The notes under the pieces are model-generated. The model was not told the DNA's origin. It saw nothing but the letters and a program-made list of their open reading frames with translations, and searched no databases. 64,000 nucleotides of DNA, taken from contig OX597829.1 of NCBI GenBank assembly GCA_951406725.2, forward strand, positions 11,036,001 to 11,100,000, given 5' to 3'. This DNA comes from Octopus vulgaris (lineage: Eukaryota). A program made the translations under genes and the position numbers. Shown piece by piece: positions 1-14,799 of the stretch; the stretch's first letter is position 1, and each line of letters starts with the position of its first letter.

Positions 1-463
1 AAAATACCAATTTGGAGTGATTGATTAGCAGAATCGATAGCACGTTGAATGAGATAAGTTGAGGTGTTTCTCCGGTTCTATGCATTTATTTCCTGAATGG
101 TAAACTTAAAATCGTCACCCAATTTCACACCGACATAAGGATTTTGGTGCCTTTAGTGAAATTTATTCCGTTGCAAATAATTTTGACTGGTTTCTGGTAG
201 AGCGTAAATTACTCCCTTGATCCTACCACTCGGATAGGCCTTAATTTATCCTTCTTTACTTGATTCACTCGCTGGACTGCAACCATGCTGGAGCACCGCC
301 TCACCACCTTGAAGGGTTTAGTTGAACGAATCGAACCCAGTACTTATTTTTAAGTTTGGTACTTATTATATCAGTTTCTTTTTGCCGAATCGCTAAATTA
401 TGGTGACGTAAAGAAACCAATACCGGTCGTCAAACGGTGGTGGGGGCAAACACAAAAACACTC

Positions 464-546
<83 letters not shown>

Positions 547-547
<1 letters not shown>

Positions 548-952
548 GTTTCTTTATTGGCCACACAGGGCTGCACACAGATGGGACAAATTACAAGGTA
601 GAGCTTTTCTTTTGGGGGATGAAAAAAACAAAAAAAACAAAGGAAACAAAAAAAAGTGGCGTAGGTTTTCGATCAAAAGGGATCGTGAAAGGGGGAAAAA
701 GAAAGAAAGGAGAAAAAAAGAAACAAAAGGAAAGAAAAAGCAAAAAAGAAGAAAAAAGAGGAAAAGGGGAAGAGAAAAAAAACGATCAATAGGGATCGTG
801 TATCACAGTGTCATGATGTACGGTGTAAAGGGGGAAGCAGATGAGGTTTATCCGTGGGAAGAAAAGCCTACGAAAATGATCACGGTAACCTCGGTCAATA
901 TTGTTATATGTCACCACATTTGTTTGCAAGTGGGTAACCCTCTGTTTTCAAT
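547..952 (-). mobile_element. 3' UTR fragment of a Tx1-clade LINE inserted in (GATA)n
   Basis: Closely similar to 1046-1406. Ends ...GCCCTGTGTGGCCAATAAAGAAACT on the - strand and is flanked on both sides by (GATA)n. Confidence 0.75.
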
Positions 953-959
953 AGATGGC

Positions 960-1041
<82 letters not shown>

Positions 1042-1045
1042 GATA

Positions 1046-1698
<653 letters not shown>

Positions 1699-2314
1699 GT
1701 ATTCTATGGACCTCTTTCAGTTACCGTCCACCTAATCCGCTCACAAGTCTTTAGTCATCCAGGAGAAGACCGCTACCCAAGGCGTTAGGTCGTGGGTCTG
1801 AACCCGGAACTATGATGTTAGGAAGCAAACTTCTTGTCACACAGCAACGCCTGAAAGATATAAGGTTTCCGACCAAAATGAGAAAATAAGTTCATTACAC
1901 ATTACACATGACAACGACGTCGTATGTATCGTCTTAGTGTCGCTAACGTTAAGACATCAGTTACGAAGGTTTTACTGTTGCAACAAGTCGAAATTGCTTA
2001 AGGTTGATCTGTAAATAACTGTGTAAAAGAGAAGCTTCGTTGGCTTGTACTGAAAATAGGCAACTTAATTTATATCTATATTCAGGTTTTCTAAATCTCT
2101 TTAAACGTCACAGACAAGAATTCCTTTTAGCTAAATACATGAAATATTTGCAGTCGACAAAGAATCAGTAAGCATAGTTTTTCTAACGAAGTTTTAAGTT
2201 TTCAGGTTTTATTTATTTATATATTTATGTAGTTATGATTTATTTTATTGTATTTCGATTTGATTTTTTTTTTTTACTTTTTTATTAATCTTTAAAACAG
2301 GACGTAATTAATGC

Positions 2315-2385
2315 TTGCCAAATTCCCCAGACGTTAATCTGTTGAACTATTATTTTTCGTGTTACAGCAGGGTCGAAGTGCACAG
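2315..2385 (+). pseudogene. Tc1/mariner transposase remnant
   Basis: PNSPDVNLLNYY resembles the conserved (W)PPNSPDLNPLDY motif. Nothing else recognisable nearby. Confidence 0.4.
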
Positions 2386-2404
2386 AAACATCTTGCAGAA
2401 AAAT

Positions 2405-2436
<32 letters not shown>

Positions 2437-2916
2437 CAAAGAAAGAGAGAGAGACACACACAGAGAAAGAAATAGACAGACACACACAGAGACAGAGAGA
2501 GATACACACACAGAAAGAGAGAGAGAGAGAGAGAGTAGTAAAAAGAAAAAAAAAACTTGAATTTCAAAAATGTCGGTCAGAACCGACATATTGTTGACTC
2601 AATGATTATTGAACAAGCATATTGAGAATTTAAAATTTTGAAAGTGACATTCTATTCATATATATGGATTGCAGTTCACGCATCTGTTATGGCTCTGAAT
2701 TGTTAAATGTAATTTATGAAAGGAAATACAAAATAAACACATGCTTACATATTCATGCACGCACACACATACACAAACACACACACACACATATACATAC
2801 ATACATACATACATACATACATACATACATACGTAAGCATATATATATATTACATGTATATAGATGCATATATATTACATGCATACATATATATATTACA
2901 TATATATAAATACATG

Positions 2917-3042
<126 letters not shown>

Positions 3043-3702
3043 GTTTTATCCCTCAGACCTAATATTTTTTTTTTAAATTAACGTTATCGACTCTTTTTCG
3101 TACCAAGGGATACGATAACAGCGACCTAGTGACTGCCGGTTCAATATTCCTGGAGGTCGAGGGAAATGTATATTTTATGTTTATAATATTAGATTTCTTT
3201 TTGACTAGACACAATGACGAATTTTTGCAAAGGAAGAATTATTGTTGACTGTATGAAACCTCCAGTACTCTACTTACTGGTCGTTGATTTATCGTCCCCA
3301 AAGGGATGACAAACTAAGTCGAACCCTATGGGATTAGATCTCGGAATGTAAGACTGTAAGGAATTCAAGGCGATTCTTTACCATTCACCGCTCTTGTACA
3401 CTCAATATATTTTAGTTTATGAAGGAGACTTTCTCTAATATATATTCTGCAATGCTTCGAGTAAATTGCACCTCTGTTGTGTATATTTATAGTTGAAAGC
3501 GGGGTGGGGGGGAGGGCAAACATCTAAATAGAGAAACCTGAAGACTTGAGAAGAAAGAATGTTTGGAGAAGAATGGCTGGGAAAATGGTTGAAGGCCGCC
3601 CTGTGGGTACTTCATTCAACGAACATTCTGAAAGGGACAGATAGACAGAAACATAAAGCAAGAGAGAATAGAACTTCCGCCTTGACTAATATTTTATTTA
3701 TT

Positions 3703-4092
3703 CTTTTCTACTCTAGGCAAACGGCCCGAAATTTGGGGGGAGGGGGCCAGTTGATTAGATCGATCCCAGTGCGCAATTGGTTCTTAATTTATCGACCCCG
3801 AAAGGGTAAAAGGCAAAGTCGAATTTGGCGGAATTTGAACTCAGAACGTAGCGGCAGACGAAATACCTATTTCTTTACTACCCACGAGGGGCTAAACATA
3901 GAGAGGACAAACAAAGACAAACAAACGGATTAAGTCGATTATATCGACCCCAGTGCGTAACTGGTACTTATTTAATCGACTCCGAAAGGATGAAAGGCAA
4001 AGACCTCGGCGGATTTTGAACTCAGAACGTAGCCATGGGCGAAATACCGCTAAGCATTTCGCCCGGCGTACTAACGTTTCTGCCAGGTCGCA
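3703..4092 (-). mobile_element. SINE-B dimer (tRNA-derived head, gcctttcatcctttcggggtcgataaa core): Tx1-tailed monomer fused to a head-truncated monomer
   Basis: Two core copies. The junction gtaaagaaata|ggtatttcgtctgccg matches that at ~15850. Confidence 0.8.
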
Positions 4093-4399
4093 GTCTTCCC
4101 TGATATTTTATTTATTGATGACGAATGGTAAAGTTGATTTCAGTGGGATTCGAACTCATAGCACAAAGAGTCAGATCAAATACCGCAAGGAACTTTATAC
4201 AACATTCTAACACTCCCGTCAATTAGCCACCACATAGCAGAAATAATAATACCGAACAAAATAGCTTCTCATAGTTAATTATGCCAGTGGTTAAAACGAT
4301 ATATTCTCACAAGCAGTGTACACAGAGCAAGAGAATGTGTTTGTGTGTGTAACAAAACCTTCATAATGTTGTGTGTGTGTGTGTCTGTGTGGTGTGTTT

Positions 4400-4452
<53 letters not shown>

Positions 4453-4707
4453 TGTGTCTGTGTGTATGTGTGTGTGTGTGTGTGAAAGAAAGTGATGTTT
4501 TCAGAGTTTCACAATTTTCTGTAAGAATTGTCTCTCACAAATCCCTGCACGTTCACTCATCTCCTGACTCACACCGCAGCTGTAGTAGCTGTTTGTTTGC
4601 TTGCTTGTTTGTTTCTTATTTGATTTTTGTTCGTTTAATTTTCGATATTTGTTTTCAGTTGAATTCATTTGTCATCAATCTAACACACGCACACGCAAGC
4701 ACACACG

Positions 4708-4755
<48 letters not shown>

Positions 4756-4908
4756 TGAAATAGGATTGCGGCAGAAATATATATCTGGGTGTGTATGTAT
4801 AAATATGCATTTATATACATGCTTCCATATACGCATATTTTATTTCCGGAAAGGGTTTAAAATGCATAGGGAGTTTACAGTGTATGGTAGCTTCGTTTCA
4901 CACATTTA

Positions 4909-6389
4909 CAGCTGCGGCCAAAATGTTCAGAATGGCATTGTTTTCGCCAGAAAAGTAGGTATAAGTTTTTATTACAGTTGTTTTATATTCTATAATTTTC
5001 ACACACAATAAATACGATATTAACTGTTATTGTCTGGGATTTTGGTGTAATTTGAGGGGATAATACAAATGTTATGGATTTAGTGATTTACTGCAAAACC
5101 CATGGCGGCCAAAATGATCAGAACGGTTGAAAAAATAACAAAATAATCAAAAATGGCAGAGAATACTGGAATTATTTAATATTTAGTATGAAGCCCTTTA
5201 GCTTCAATCACACTTTGACATCTTCGACTGCATGAGGAAATTAAATTTTCAATTTCTTGCTAGGTGATCTTATTCCATTCTTCCTGAGGGCATTCCATAA
5301 TTGCTCGGTTGTTTTAGGATTTCTGGCTTTCGAACGTTCTCCTAGAATATTCCACACATTTTCAATAGGATTGAGATCTGGGCTTTGAGCAGGCCAATCC
5401 ATAACAATAACCTTTTCAGCCTTGAGGAAGTTCATGACCACCTTAGCCTTGTGACATGGGGCATTGTCCTGCATGAATATGGGTGGTCGCTTAGTTGAAT
5501 TTCTCAGCACAGGCAAGACATGATCTTTTACAAGTTGTTTATAAACTCCTGCATTTACCTTTCCTTATATTCGCACCAAAGAGCCCACACCATCTCCAGA
5601 TATCATCCCCCAAACCATGACACTTACTCTACCGAATTTAACACTAGTCTTAAGGCATTTAGGCGACAATTTTTCACCTACTTTTCAACGAACCAAATAA
5701 CATAAACCTAGATTCATCACTGAAATGCACCGTTTGCCATTTTTCTTGAGACCACAACACATGTTCGGTTGCAACGATAAGACAACACTTTTTATTTTTG
5801 GAGCTGATCAGTGGCTTCACTGCTGGTGATCTTGCTTGTAGATTATGTTCAACTAAACGATGAGACAAGTTTTTCGAGATAACGTTTTCTTCAGTACAAT
5901 GCTCATTTCTCGAGAAACAGCAGCAGCAATTTTAAATCTGTCCTTTTTAGCCAAATTTACCATAGCACGATCTTCTCTCTTGGTCGTTTTTCTTGGCATA
6001 TCTGTAGACTTTGTTGCTTCACACGAACCACAATCATCGAAGACCTTAAGAATACCGTGAACAACACTTTTTGACTTGTTAACAATCTTTGCAATAGACC
6101 CAATACTTAAATTACCCTTCTTTCGAAGCTTAATAATCTGCTGACGAATTGATAACGGAGTAAGTGGCATTATATTAACAAAGTACACTGCAGATATTCT
6201 TACTAATGTTTAGTAAACGAACCGTCACGAAACCAAATTCAAAACATTAGAGTTCGCCGGTTAAATATACTAAAACATGGATTAAAAACCATGGTTTTGC
6301 AGTAAATCACTAAATCATCCATAACTTTTGTATTATCCTCTCAAATTACACTGAAATCTCAGACAATAACAAATAATATCATATTTATT
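4909..6389 (-). mobile_element. Tc1-family (DD34E) DNA transposon with IR/DR-type long TIRs; degenerate, right end truncated
   Basis: TA|CAGCTGCGGCCAAAATGTTCAGAA at 4909 is repeated as an inner DR at ~5103-5128. 5008-5105 is inverted at 6289-6389. Transposase fragments lie between. Confidence 0.9.
5241..6170 (-). pseudogene. Tc1 transposase, frameshifted
   Basis: N-terminal HTH (IRQQIIKL...SIAKIVNKSKSVV), VHFSDESRF, FMQDNAPCH and WPAQSPDLNPIENVW spread over three frames. Confidence 0.9.
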
Positions 6390-6402
6390 AGAAATAGCCA
6401 GA

Positions 6403-6551
6403 TAACCGAAGAGATGGTGTTGTGGATTTCCACTTCGGCATCTGAAACTCAGAGTTTTATCTTGACTACCGAGTAATGTAACATATTGTATAGATAAATT
6501 TCCTCTATTTACATAATATTGAGGTCTCTTTCTTTCTTTTGTTATCTTACC

Positions 6552-6556
<5 letters not shown>
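6403..6556 (+). mobile_element. Short Penelope-type terminal repeat with degenerate hammerhead
   Basis: CCGAAGA-gatg...catc-t-GAAACTCAGAGT. Same stem III as the hammerhead at 48255; followed by (TA)n. Confidence 0.45.
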
Positions 6557-6601
<45 letters not shown>

Positions 6602-7475
6602 AACCTCGCCAAGTTAAGTATGTATTTATTTAAGATCTTCAAATTGTAAATTTTAATATTGTATAAGCCTTTGTAGTAATAATATTCTCCTTATGTAAAT
6701 ATCGTTGTTTGTAATGATCTAATCATCGTAATTTTCTATATTATTAGATATTAAATTTAAGTTTATTCGTAAAATACTTCTTAGTGATAGATTTATTATT
6801 TGATAGCAAGCATACTAGGTGTATTAAGTTAGGCTTTGTATATACATGTTTTAATAGTATTCATTGTAGTTTTAAATTTATAATTAAATTAGATAAACTT
6901 TGATAAACTTAGATATGTTTCGACTAAAGATTGGTCTAGGCCATGTCTAATTTAATAGCATAACTTAGTTATTTCTTTAAATTTATATTCGATAATTATT
7001 CCCATTCATAATTATATTTATAGTACTTATAGTATTTATTCGATACTATATTACTAAGAATTGATTATTTCTAAAAGTATTTTACATAAGATTTCTGAAA
7101 GTTCGTTTAAGTTAGTTTATTTGTATTTTGAAATTAGCTATTTCATCTTTAAATATGAAAAATTAAATTTATTAGGTTTTTATTATATACAATTATTTAT
7201 AGAGATTATTTTAGATCTTGATTATAATATTTATATATATATTTTCATTGATAATTTATATATATTAGTCATTTTAAATATTTATGTAATTAGATATAGA
7301 CTAATATTGATATTAGATTATGGGTTTCCTACCTTATAAATTAAAATTAATATTTAACATTATAGTCGATTTGGATATAATCATATTTGATAATAGAGTT
7401 TATTATAAGTAAAATTATTATATTATATATATTATTTATATCTTAAAAATATTGATTATATTTTAGATATTTAAA

Positions 7476-7540
7476 CCACCTGAAGAATGACTGTAACTCG
7501 AATTTTTACGAATTGGACAGCCATGAAACGATCGTAGTGT
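7476..7540 (+). ncRNA. Minimal type I hammerhead ribozyme (Penelope-type)
   Basis: cac-CTGAAGA-atgactgt...acagccat-GAAAC-GATC-GTA-gtg: full catalytic core, palindromic stem III, short stem I. Confidence 0.8.
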
Positions 7541-7809
7541 TATATTAATTATCTTTTTTAATAATTTAATATATATTTAAATAATATAAATTAATTAATC
7601 TTATGTATTGGCTTAAGTTTTTCATTGTATGATTTGCTTAATAGTGGTTTTGTCTCTAATTTAATATAATATAATTTTACTATAAAATTGGATTTAATCC
7701 TAAATCTGATTTTTCTCTGTAAGTTTGGATTTATTCCCTAATATTTTATTATTAATTAATATATTGATAAATTACGTATATTGAGTGTAATATCTCAACT
7801 TCGTAAATT

Positions 7810-10237
7810 ATGGAATTTACAGGTAAGATAGAACCGCTATTTTGGAATTCATCATTGAAGGATATTCCAGTACCTTCTAGAAAGGAATTTATTTTGAAAC
7901 TTATTAATAATATTAAGGATTTTGTTTCTAGAATTAAATGGAAAGCTTACTATTATAACTATAATATATCTAATTTTAATGATAGTATGAATGATAATTT
8001 TACCTCTAATTTTAAATCCAAAAAGGAACCCCCATTTAATAGAGAATTACAAATACTAGAAGATAATATTTGGAAGGTGGTGAAAAACATTAAATTTCAT
8101 AAATACCCAAACAGAAATAATGAATATTTAAGAAATTTAGCAATTAGAATTTAAAAAATGAGAAATATGGATGGTATTATTGTACAATCTGATAAAACTA
8201 GGAATCTCTATAAATTGGATGTTAAATTATATGATAACCTTTTAGAGAAAGAAATAATTAAAAAACATAAAATTGTTCCAGATAGTAAACTTTATAATAT
8301 TAATAAGGCCACTAAATTAGTAATGATAAACTATGAATTGGATAATAAAACTGAACCTTATGTACCTATGCACCCTAGAATTACTCTGAAAGACCATAAA
8401 GATAATTTTTATTCAGACCCTAAAGTTAGATTAATTTTTCCATGTAAATCTAACCTTGGTAAATTAAGTAAACTTATTTTAGATAAATATATTAAGAAAT
8501 TAAATAAACATAATTACTTAAAATTATGGTTTAGTAATGATAATACTTTGAATTGGTTTAATAATATTAAAGATAAAAATCGATATAAATTTATTCAAAT
8601 AGATATAGATAATTACTATTCTTCTATTAATGAAATTGTGTTTAATAAGGCCCTTATTTTTGCAATGAATAAAGTGGGAATGACATTTGAAGAAGTTAAT
8701 GTAATTAAAATGGCTAGGAAATCGTTTATTAAATATAAAAATAAATTATGGGCCAGGAAAGATACTAGAGATTTTTTTTGATATACCTATGAGAGCACCT
8801 GATTCTGCACAAGCTACGGATTTCGTAGGTATTTATCTTTTATCTGAACTCCAATTAGAAAATTTAAAAATAGAGGGTGGTTTATATAGGGATGACCTTC
8901 TACTAATTACTAAGAATTGCACTTATAGGAACCTAGAAGTATATAAGAAAAAACTTTATAGTTTCTTTAAAAGATATGGTTTAAGTATCACTATATATAA
9001 TGAGAATTTTAATGTTAATTATTTAGATGTTAATTTTAATCTAATTACAGGTAAAACACAACCATATCATAAACTTAATGAGAACCTTAGATATATAAAT
9101 GTTAATAGTAATCACCCACCATCAATTAAAAAATCGTTGATTAATAATATAAGTAAACGTATATCATTACTTTCTTATGATTTAGAGATTTTTAATAAAC
9201 ATGCTCCTTATTACAATGAGGCCCTTAGAGAGGCAGGTTATAGTAGTAATATCAAATTTTTTTAAAAATAAAGATAAAGATATAACTAATAATATTAGAG
9301 ATAAAAATATTAATAATAATTATAATAATTTTGTTAGTAATAGTGGTAATAATATTAGAAATTATAAAAATAAAAATAATATAAATAAAAATAAAATTAA
9401 TAACTTTAATAATTCTTTAAATGTTAATTATAAATATAAATCTGATAATAATAATATTAATATGATAAAGAAATATAATAATAACAATAATAATGACAGT
9501 TTTAATAATAAGAAGGAAAATAAGAATAAAATTTGGTTATAGTTCCTTATGGTGCTCAAGTTAAAACGAACATTATTAAAGAGATTTTAGATATTATTGA
9601 ACTATTTATTCGAGATAATCGTAAATATAAAAACATTTTCTCTAGTAATAATTTTGGAGTAGGTTATTCCACCACTAATAGTGTAGGTAGCATTATTTCT
9701 TTTAACAAATTTAAACTGAATAATTTTTATAAAAATAAATTATATAATAATACCAATAATAAAGACAAGACACTAATCAACTGTACATGTAGAGATAAAA
9801 CTAAATGTAAGTTAAATAATAAATGTGATATTAACGATGTAGTGTATAAATGTATAGTTACATTACATGATAAGAATAATAATAATAATAATGATAACTC
9901 AAACGCGATATATATAGGGTCCACTTCCTCTAAAATAAAATTAAGAATCACACAACATATGAATTCATTTAAAAATAAAAACTTAATTAACTCCACTGCA
10001 CTTAGCAAGAACATTTGGAGACTTAAATCCCAAAATATTAATTATAATTTATCTTGGGAAATAATTAGTAAAACTAAATCATATAGTATGGGAGCGAATT
10101 TTTGTTATTTATGTTCTAATGAGTTTAAGGAAATTTTATTTTATAAGCATGATAATTTACTGAATATCTGTGATGAGCGCAAAATAAAATGCAGACACAA
10201 GTTACTTTACTTATATAATAAATTTCTTGATAAATAA
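7810..10237 (+). pseudogene. Penelope RT/GIY-YIG polyprotein, interrupted by one TAA and three frameshifts
   Basis: SDKTRNLY, FIQIDIDNYYSSI, GLYRDDLL, NYLDVNFNL, YINVNSNHPPSI; Cys-rich CTCRDKTKCKLNNKC; VVYKC...IYIGST...LRITQHMNSF; C-terminal CYLC...CRH. Confidence 0.9.
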
Positions 10238-11119
10238 TGATTATTTCTTAGCCTTAATTAGCTCCCTATTTGTTGTTTTATGTAATAGTATTATAAATAT
10301 ACCAGGTGATTTGTAGTACTTATTATATTAGTTTATTTTAGTTATTTAGGTTCTGTTTTTAATTATAGTTAGATTATATATGGTTCATTTTATTACTAAA
10401 TATTTTATTACTAAATATATTTTTAATAAATATTTAATGGTTTATTGAATATAGAGTCTGGTAAGTTACAATTTTATTTATTTTATATATTTTGTTATTT
10501 TCTATTATAACTTCGTTAAATTATAATTTTGTTATATTAATCTATTTGTATGTAATCTCTTTATATTTGAAATAGTTTTATTTAGTTGTTTATTTAATCC
10601 ATTTTATTTAATATAGAAGTATAGATTAGTAGATTTAACTTATTTTGTATTGTAGTATGACTATATACATTTATATATCTATTTATTTTATAATATATGT
10701 GGATGTGTGTGTATGTATATATGTGTATATGATGATGTGTGTGTGTATATATGTATATACATTTATTTATGTGTATGTGTGTGGGTGTGTATATATTGTA
10801 AGTGTATATAGGTATATATTGTAAGTGTATATAGGTGTAAGTGTATATATTGAGTATTGTATTTATGTACATGTATGAGTGTGCATATGTGTGTGTATAT
10901 ATGTATATGAATGTATGTGTGTATGTATGTGTATATGTGTATGTATATGTATATGTATGTATATATATGTATATATATATGTATATATATATGTATATAT
11001 ATGTATATTTTCTTATATATTTATGTATACGTATGTATAGTTATACTACAAATTTTGATAAGTATTTAAAGATTTTGTTATGATCACTAATTTTAGCTTA
11101 TAATTATAAGGGCATGAGA

Positions 11120-11190
11120 AAGTTTCGAACCTACGCTCTTCGACAGAAAGGAACACAGAAATAAACAGAGAGAGAAAATAGAAAAAATAG
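11120..11190 (-). mobile_element. Short repeat with hammerhead-like variant core (family also at 16115, 34690, 38425)
   Basis: Minus strand ctttCTGTCGAagagcgtaggttcGAAAC. Confidence 0.55.
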
Positions 11191-11460
11191 AACACACACA
11201 CACACACACATATTCATACATACATAATACATACATATATTTTGTTTTTGTTGTTTTTGTTTATTCTTATTCAAATTCAAATTACATGAACATATATAAA
11301 CAGAAGATACAAATATTACAGGCATCTCCCCACATACACACACTAAATAAACATAGACGCACATAGAGATATAAGCATGCGCAAATGAAGACATACAATA
11401 GAAATACAAAATGGCTGACGGTTAGTAAGGAGAGACACAAATAAGAAAGAAGAAAACAAA

Positions 11461-11683
11461 GGACCACTGATGCGGTCATAGTAGTTTGACGAAAGAACTC
11501 TGGCCGAAATAAGATTAAGATTAATGTAAAAAATAAATAACACTGAAGCAAAATAACACCAAATATATAGTGCGTGTGTTTTTATTGGCTAAACTGGCAA
11601 TATGACCATTCCGAAATATAACAATATCTGTTTCAATACACGACTTCACATAAAAAATCTTGCACAACAAATATTTAAACGTA
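11461..11683 (+). mobile_element. Hammerhead-headed short repeat (retrozyme/PLE terminal-repeat-like)
   Basis: cca-CTGATGC-ggtca tagtagtt tgac-GAAAG AA CTC-tgg at 11464-11503. 11501-11683 is duplicated at 22884-23066. Confidence 0.65.
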
Positions 11684-11780
11684 TATATATATGCTTTAGA
11701 TCTTTATAAATCTTTGTACAGATGTACATTAAACATGCAATATACTCAAACGGAATACTGTCAAAAATATATATATAAAA

Positions 11781-11990
11781 GATGCCGAGTTGGCCGAACC
11801 GTTAGCACACCGGGTAAAACGCTTAGAAGTATTTTGTCCGAAATTCTGTGAGTTCAAATTCCGTCGAGGTTGACCTTGCCTTTCATCCTTCTGGGTTGGT
11901 AAAATAAGCACCAGTTCAACAGTGGAGTCGATGTAATCGACTTACCTCTTCCCACCAAATTGCTAACCTTGTGTCATAATTTTAAATCAA
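11781..11990 (+). mobile_element. SINE-B copy (standard tail)
   Basis: Head gagttggccgaaccgttagcac, B-box gagttcaaattcc, core gcctttcatccttctgggttggtaaa. Confidence 0.75.
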
Positions 11991-12007
11991 TATGAGATCT
12001 ATCTAAA

Positions 12008-12215
12008 TATTGATTTCAAATTTTGGCATAAGGTCAACAATATCGAGGGGCGGGCTGGGGGTGGGTTAAGCCGAATACATCGATACCACTGTTCAACTGG
12101 TGTTTGTTTTATCGGTCTCGAAATGATAAAAGGTAAAGTAGACCTCAGCGGAATTTGAAATTAGAACGCAGAGATGGACAAAATGCCGCTAAGCATTTAT
12201 CCGGCATGCTAAAGA
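12008..12215 (-). mobile_element. SINE-B copy
   Basis: Reverse match to the SINE-B core and tail; tail-to-tail with the 11781 copy. Confidence 0.7.
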
Positions 12216-13469
12216 TCCTGCTTCTATTTATCCTAATAATAGCAACTCGCTGGTATTGGTTTCTGCAAAAAAGAAAACAGAGACGCTAACAACTATTATT
12301 ATTAATAATAAAAATTGTGTGAATTTTTCCCAGAATCCAGGGCGATTATATTTATTCCTTTGTATGAGAGGCAACTCTTCGGTTTCCACTATTCATTGAG
12401 CTTTCTCTTCAACGGAGCTGTTGATTGCTTAAAGCAGTAAATAAAACAAAAATCCTTGTGTTATTGAAGGCGACTGCAAAGCATATGAAACATTAGATAT
12501 AAAAACAGCAATTAGAAAGATATTGAAATGTTACATAAGAAATATTTAATCACTTTTGATATTCCAGTTTAAAGGCTTAAATAAGCGAGAGCGAAAGAGA
12601 TGATGTGTCTGTTTGTCTGTTTGTTGGCGTGTTGAGTTCTTGGGTGCGATATTTGAAATGCCGAGTAAAAAATGTAGAAATCTGAAGCCGGTACATAATA
12701 TATGATGTGAACTATTCTCTATTCCTCAATTCTGTATCCTAGCTTTTTCTGTTACTTCTTCGTCTATGTTATCTCACACGATATCAATAATACTGTACTC
12801 ATGCCAAATATATGCCAAGTTCTCTTTCCAAGCTATAACTAAAATTGAATCGTTCCAAAAATCTGTCTTCTATATAAGGTTCAAAAATACTTCAGCTCTG
12901 ATCGGTTTCTGGCCCTCAACACATGTTATGTACGATGCACATTCGAGTACTGGTCCCATATCTGACACAGAACTGTTATTACACATACTGACAGCACAGA
13001 CTGCACCAAAAATAAGACGAATTGGCGGCGTCATTAGAGTGTGGGCCACGAGGATCTACGTTATACCGGCTCTCTGAGTTCTGTGTTCAAAATCTAGCTT
13101 CTGCTTTTAACTCTTTCAGAGTCGATAAAATAAAGTTATATCCCTGGTGTGAGTATGGTGAGGATAGGACTGGCTGAATTGTTAGAACATTGGATGAGAT
13201 GCATTGTGATATTTGTTCCGACTCTTTTGTAGGTTGTAAACTCAATCTGTTGCCTGGTTTAATACCACCATTTGGTTTTCGGATACCTTTAGCCGAGTTC
13301 ATGCTGTTTGCTAGCATTCGGGTCATATCTCCTATTTGAGGATAACTTCCTCCCCTCTACTCAACAATATTAGGAGAGTTGAAAAATAAAAGGGCTGTGG
13401 GTGCTGCACTCCCCTCCTCGTTTAAGCTTTAGAAAACAATGTTATAGGATTGATTGTACATTACATTAA

Positions 13470-13770
13470 GGCACTTAGCCAAGATGTCTTCTCAATCTGT
13501 AACTTTTATCATAACTACAATGGCCAATGCTCCACTGAACTAGCTTGTTGCACACAACCTGAAACCAATTTTTTTTTTTACGTACATGTCTTTCCTTCTT
13601 CACCTTCCAGATATCTCAGAAATTACTCTTTCCCTAATACTTCAACCGCAGAACTATATTCATTCTTTGGAATTACAAGCTCACACAAATGTTTTCTTTA
13701 AGCATTAACTTTCAGTTGTTTGATATAAATGTAATTATTAATGATCTTCTCCAAATTAGAACGCCAATAA
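13470..13770 (+). pseudogene. Degenerate 3' end of a Jockey/CR1-group LINE ORF2
   Basis: CNFYHNYNGQCSTELA resembles the FYRYYxGxCSxEL C-terminal motif of such LINEs; AATAAA downstream. Confidence 0.45.
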
Positions 13771-14434
13771 AGATAATGGACGCTGCTCGATCTCCAGTCT
13801 AAAACAAAAGACAAATATATCTTATTTCACTTACGGATTCCACATTAACAGTTATGCAGCCTCTCTTCTATTTAGAAGAAATCTTGTTTTGCTTATTTCA
13901 ATGATTTCTCAAAAGCAATGCTTCGGAATTGGTCTGAAGTTAATTTTAGGGAGGGAATATTTTTCTATTATTTCATCTGTGTTTATTTTACTTTCCTCTT
14001 TCTTCTCATATTTTGTATGTATTTATTTCCTTACTTCCTTCATTGTCTCGATGGCCTTCCTTCATATCTGTATATTTCTCTTTCTTTTCTACTCCCCATC
14101 GCTCTCTCTCTCTCTTTCTCTCTCTCTCTTTCCTTTCTCTCACTATCTTTCTCTTTCTCTCTTACCTCTGCTTTTAATATTAATACTCCTGCTGCTTCTA
14201 CTCTACTACAACAATTACTACGATAGTGTCCCCTTCACTCAGGTGTGCCTGAATGGAAATGTATCTTGACTAACCAGTTCTGTTGTAAGTAGAAGCCATT
14301 GTAACGGCGGAAGATAAAGCAGGAGACAGGAGACATTACGTCTTTGAGCGAGATTGGAGCGTATTTGAGCGTGTGTAACTTTTGGTGTTTCCCTGTGTTT
14401 GTCGTTTGTGTTTGTGAGAATCTTCATACCAATA

Positions 14435-14505
<71 letters not shown>

Positions 14506-14664
14506 CACCACCACCGCCACCGCCATCTCGGCGACCTCACTATTTCTACACTTCACTCCCTTTCTTTCCCATTTTCCCCTCTCCCCACTTTATCGCTTAA
14601 TCTTTCTATTCTTATTCTTCTTATTAATAACCTACAACAGGACCGTTGCTATTTCCTTAGTTTA

Positions 14665-14723
<59 letters not shown>

Positions 14724-14799
14724 TGTGTGTGTTTGTATGTATAAACGTACGTACATATATATATATATGTGCGTATGGATGCTTGCACATATATATTTA

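Larger units (their letters stand above)
6600..11090 (+). mobile_element. Penelope-like retroelement (RT + C-terminal GIY-YIG), Naiad-like, very AT-rich; boundaries approximate
   Basis: Hammerhead upstream of the ORF, RT and GIY-YIG domains, AT-rich UTRs bounded by (TA)n-rich tracts. Confidence 0.85.

Noticed and set aside
7810-10237. Selenoprotein (UGA-recoded) Naiad ORF
   Set aside because: The breaks are one TAA and frameshifts. The TGA at 8779 is out of frame after an extra T (FDIPM), not at a Cys position.
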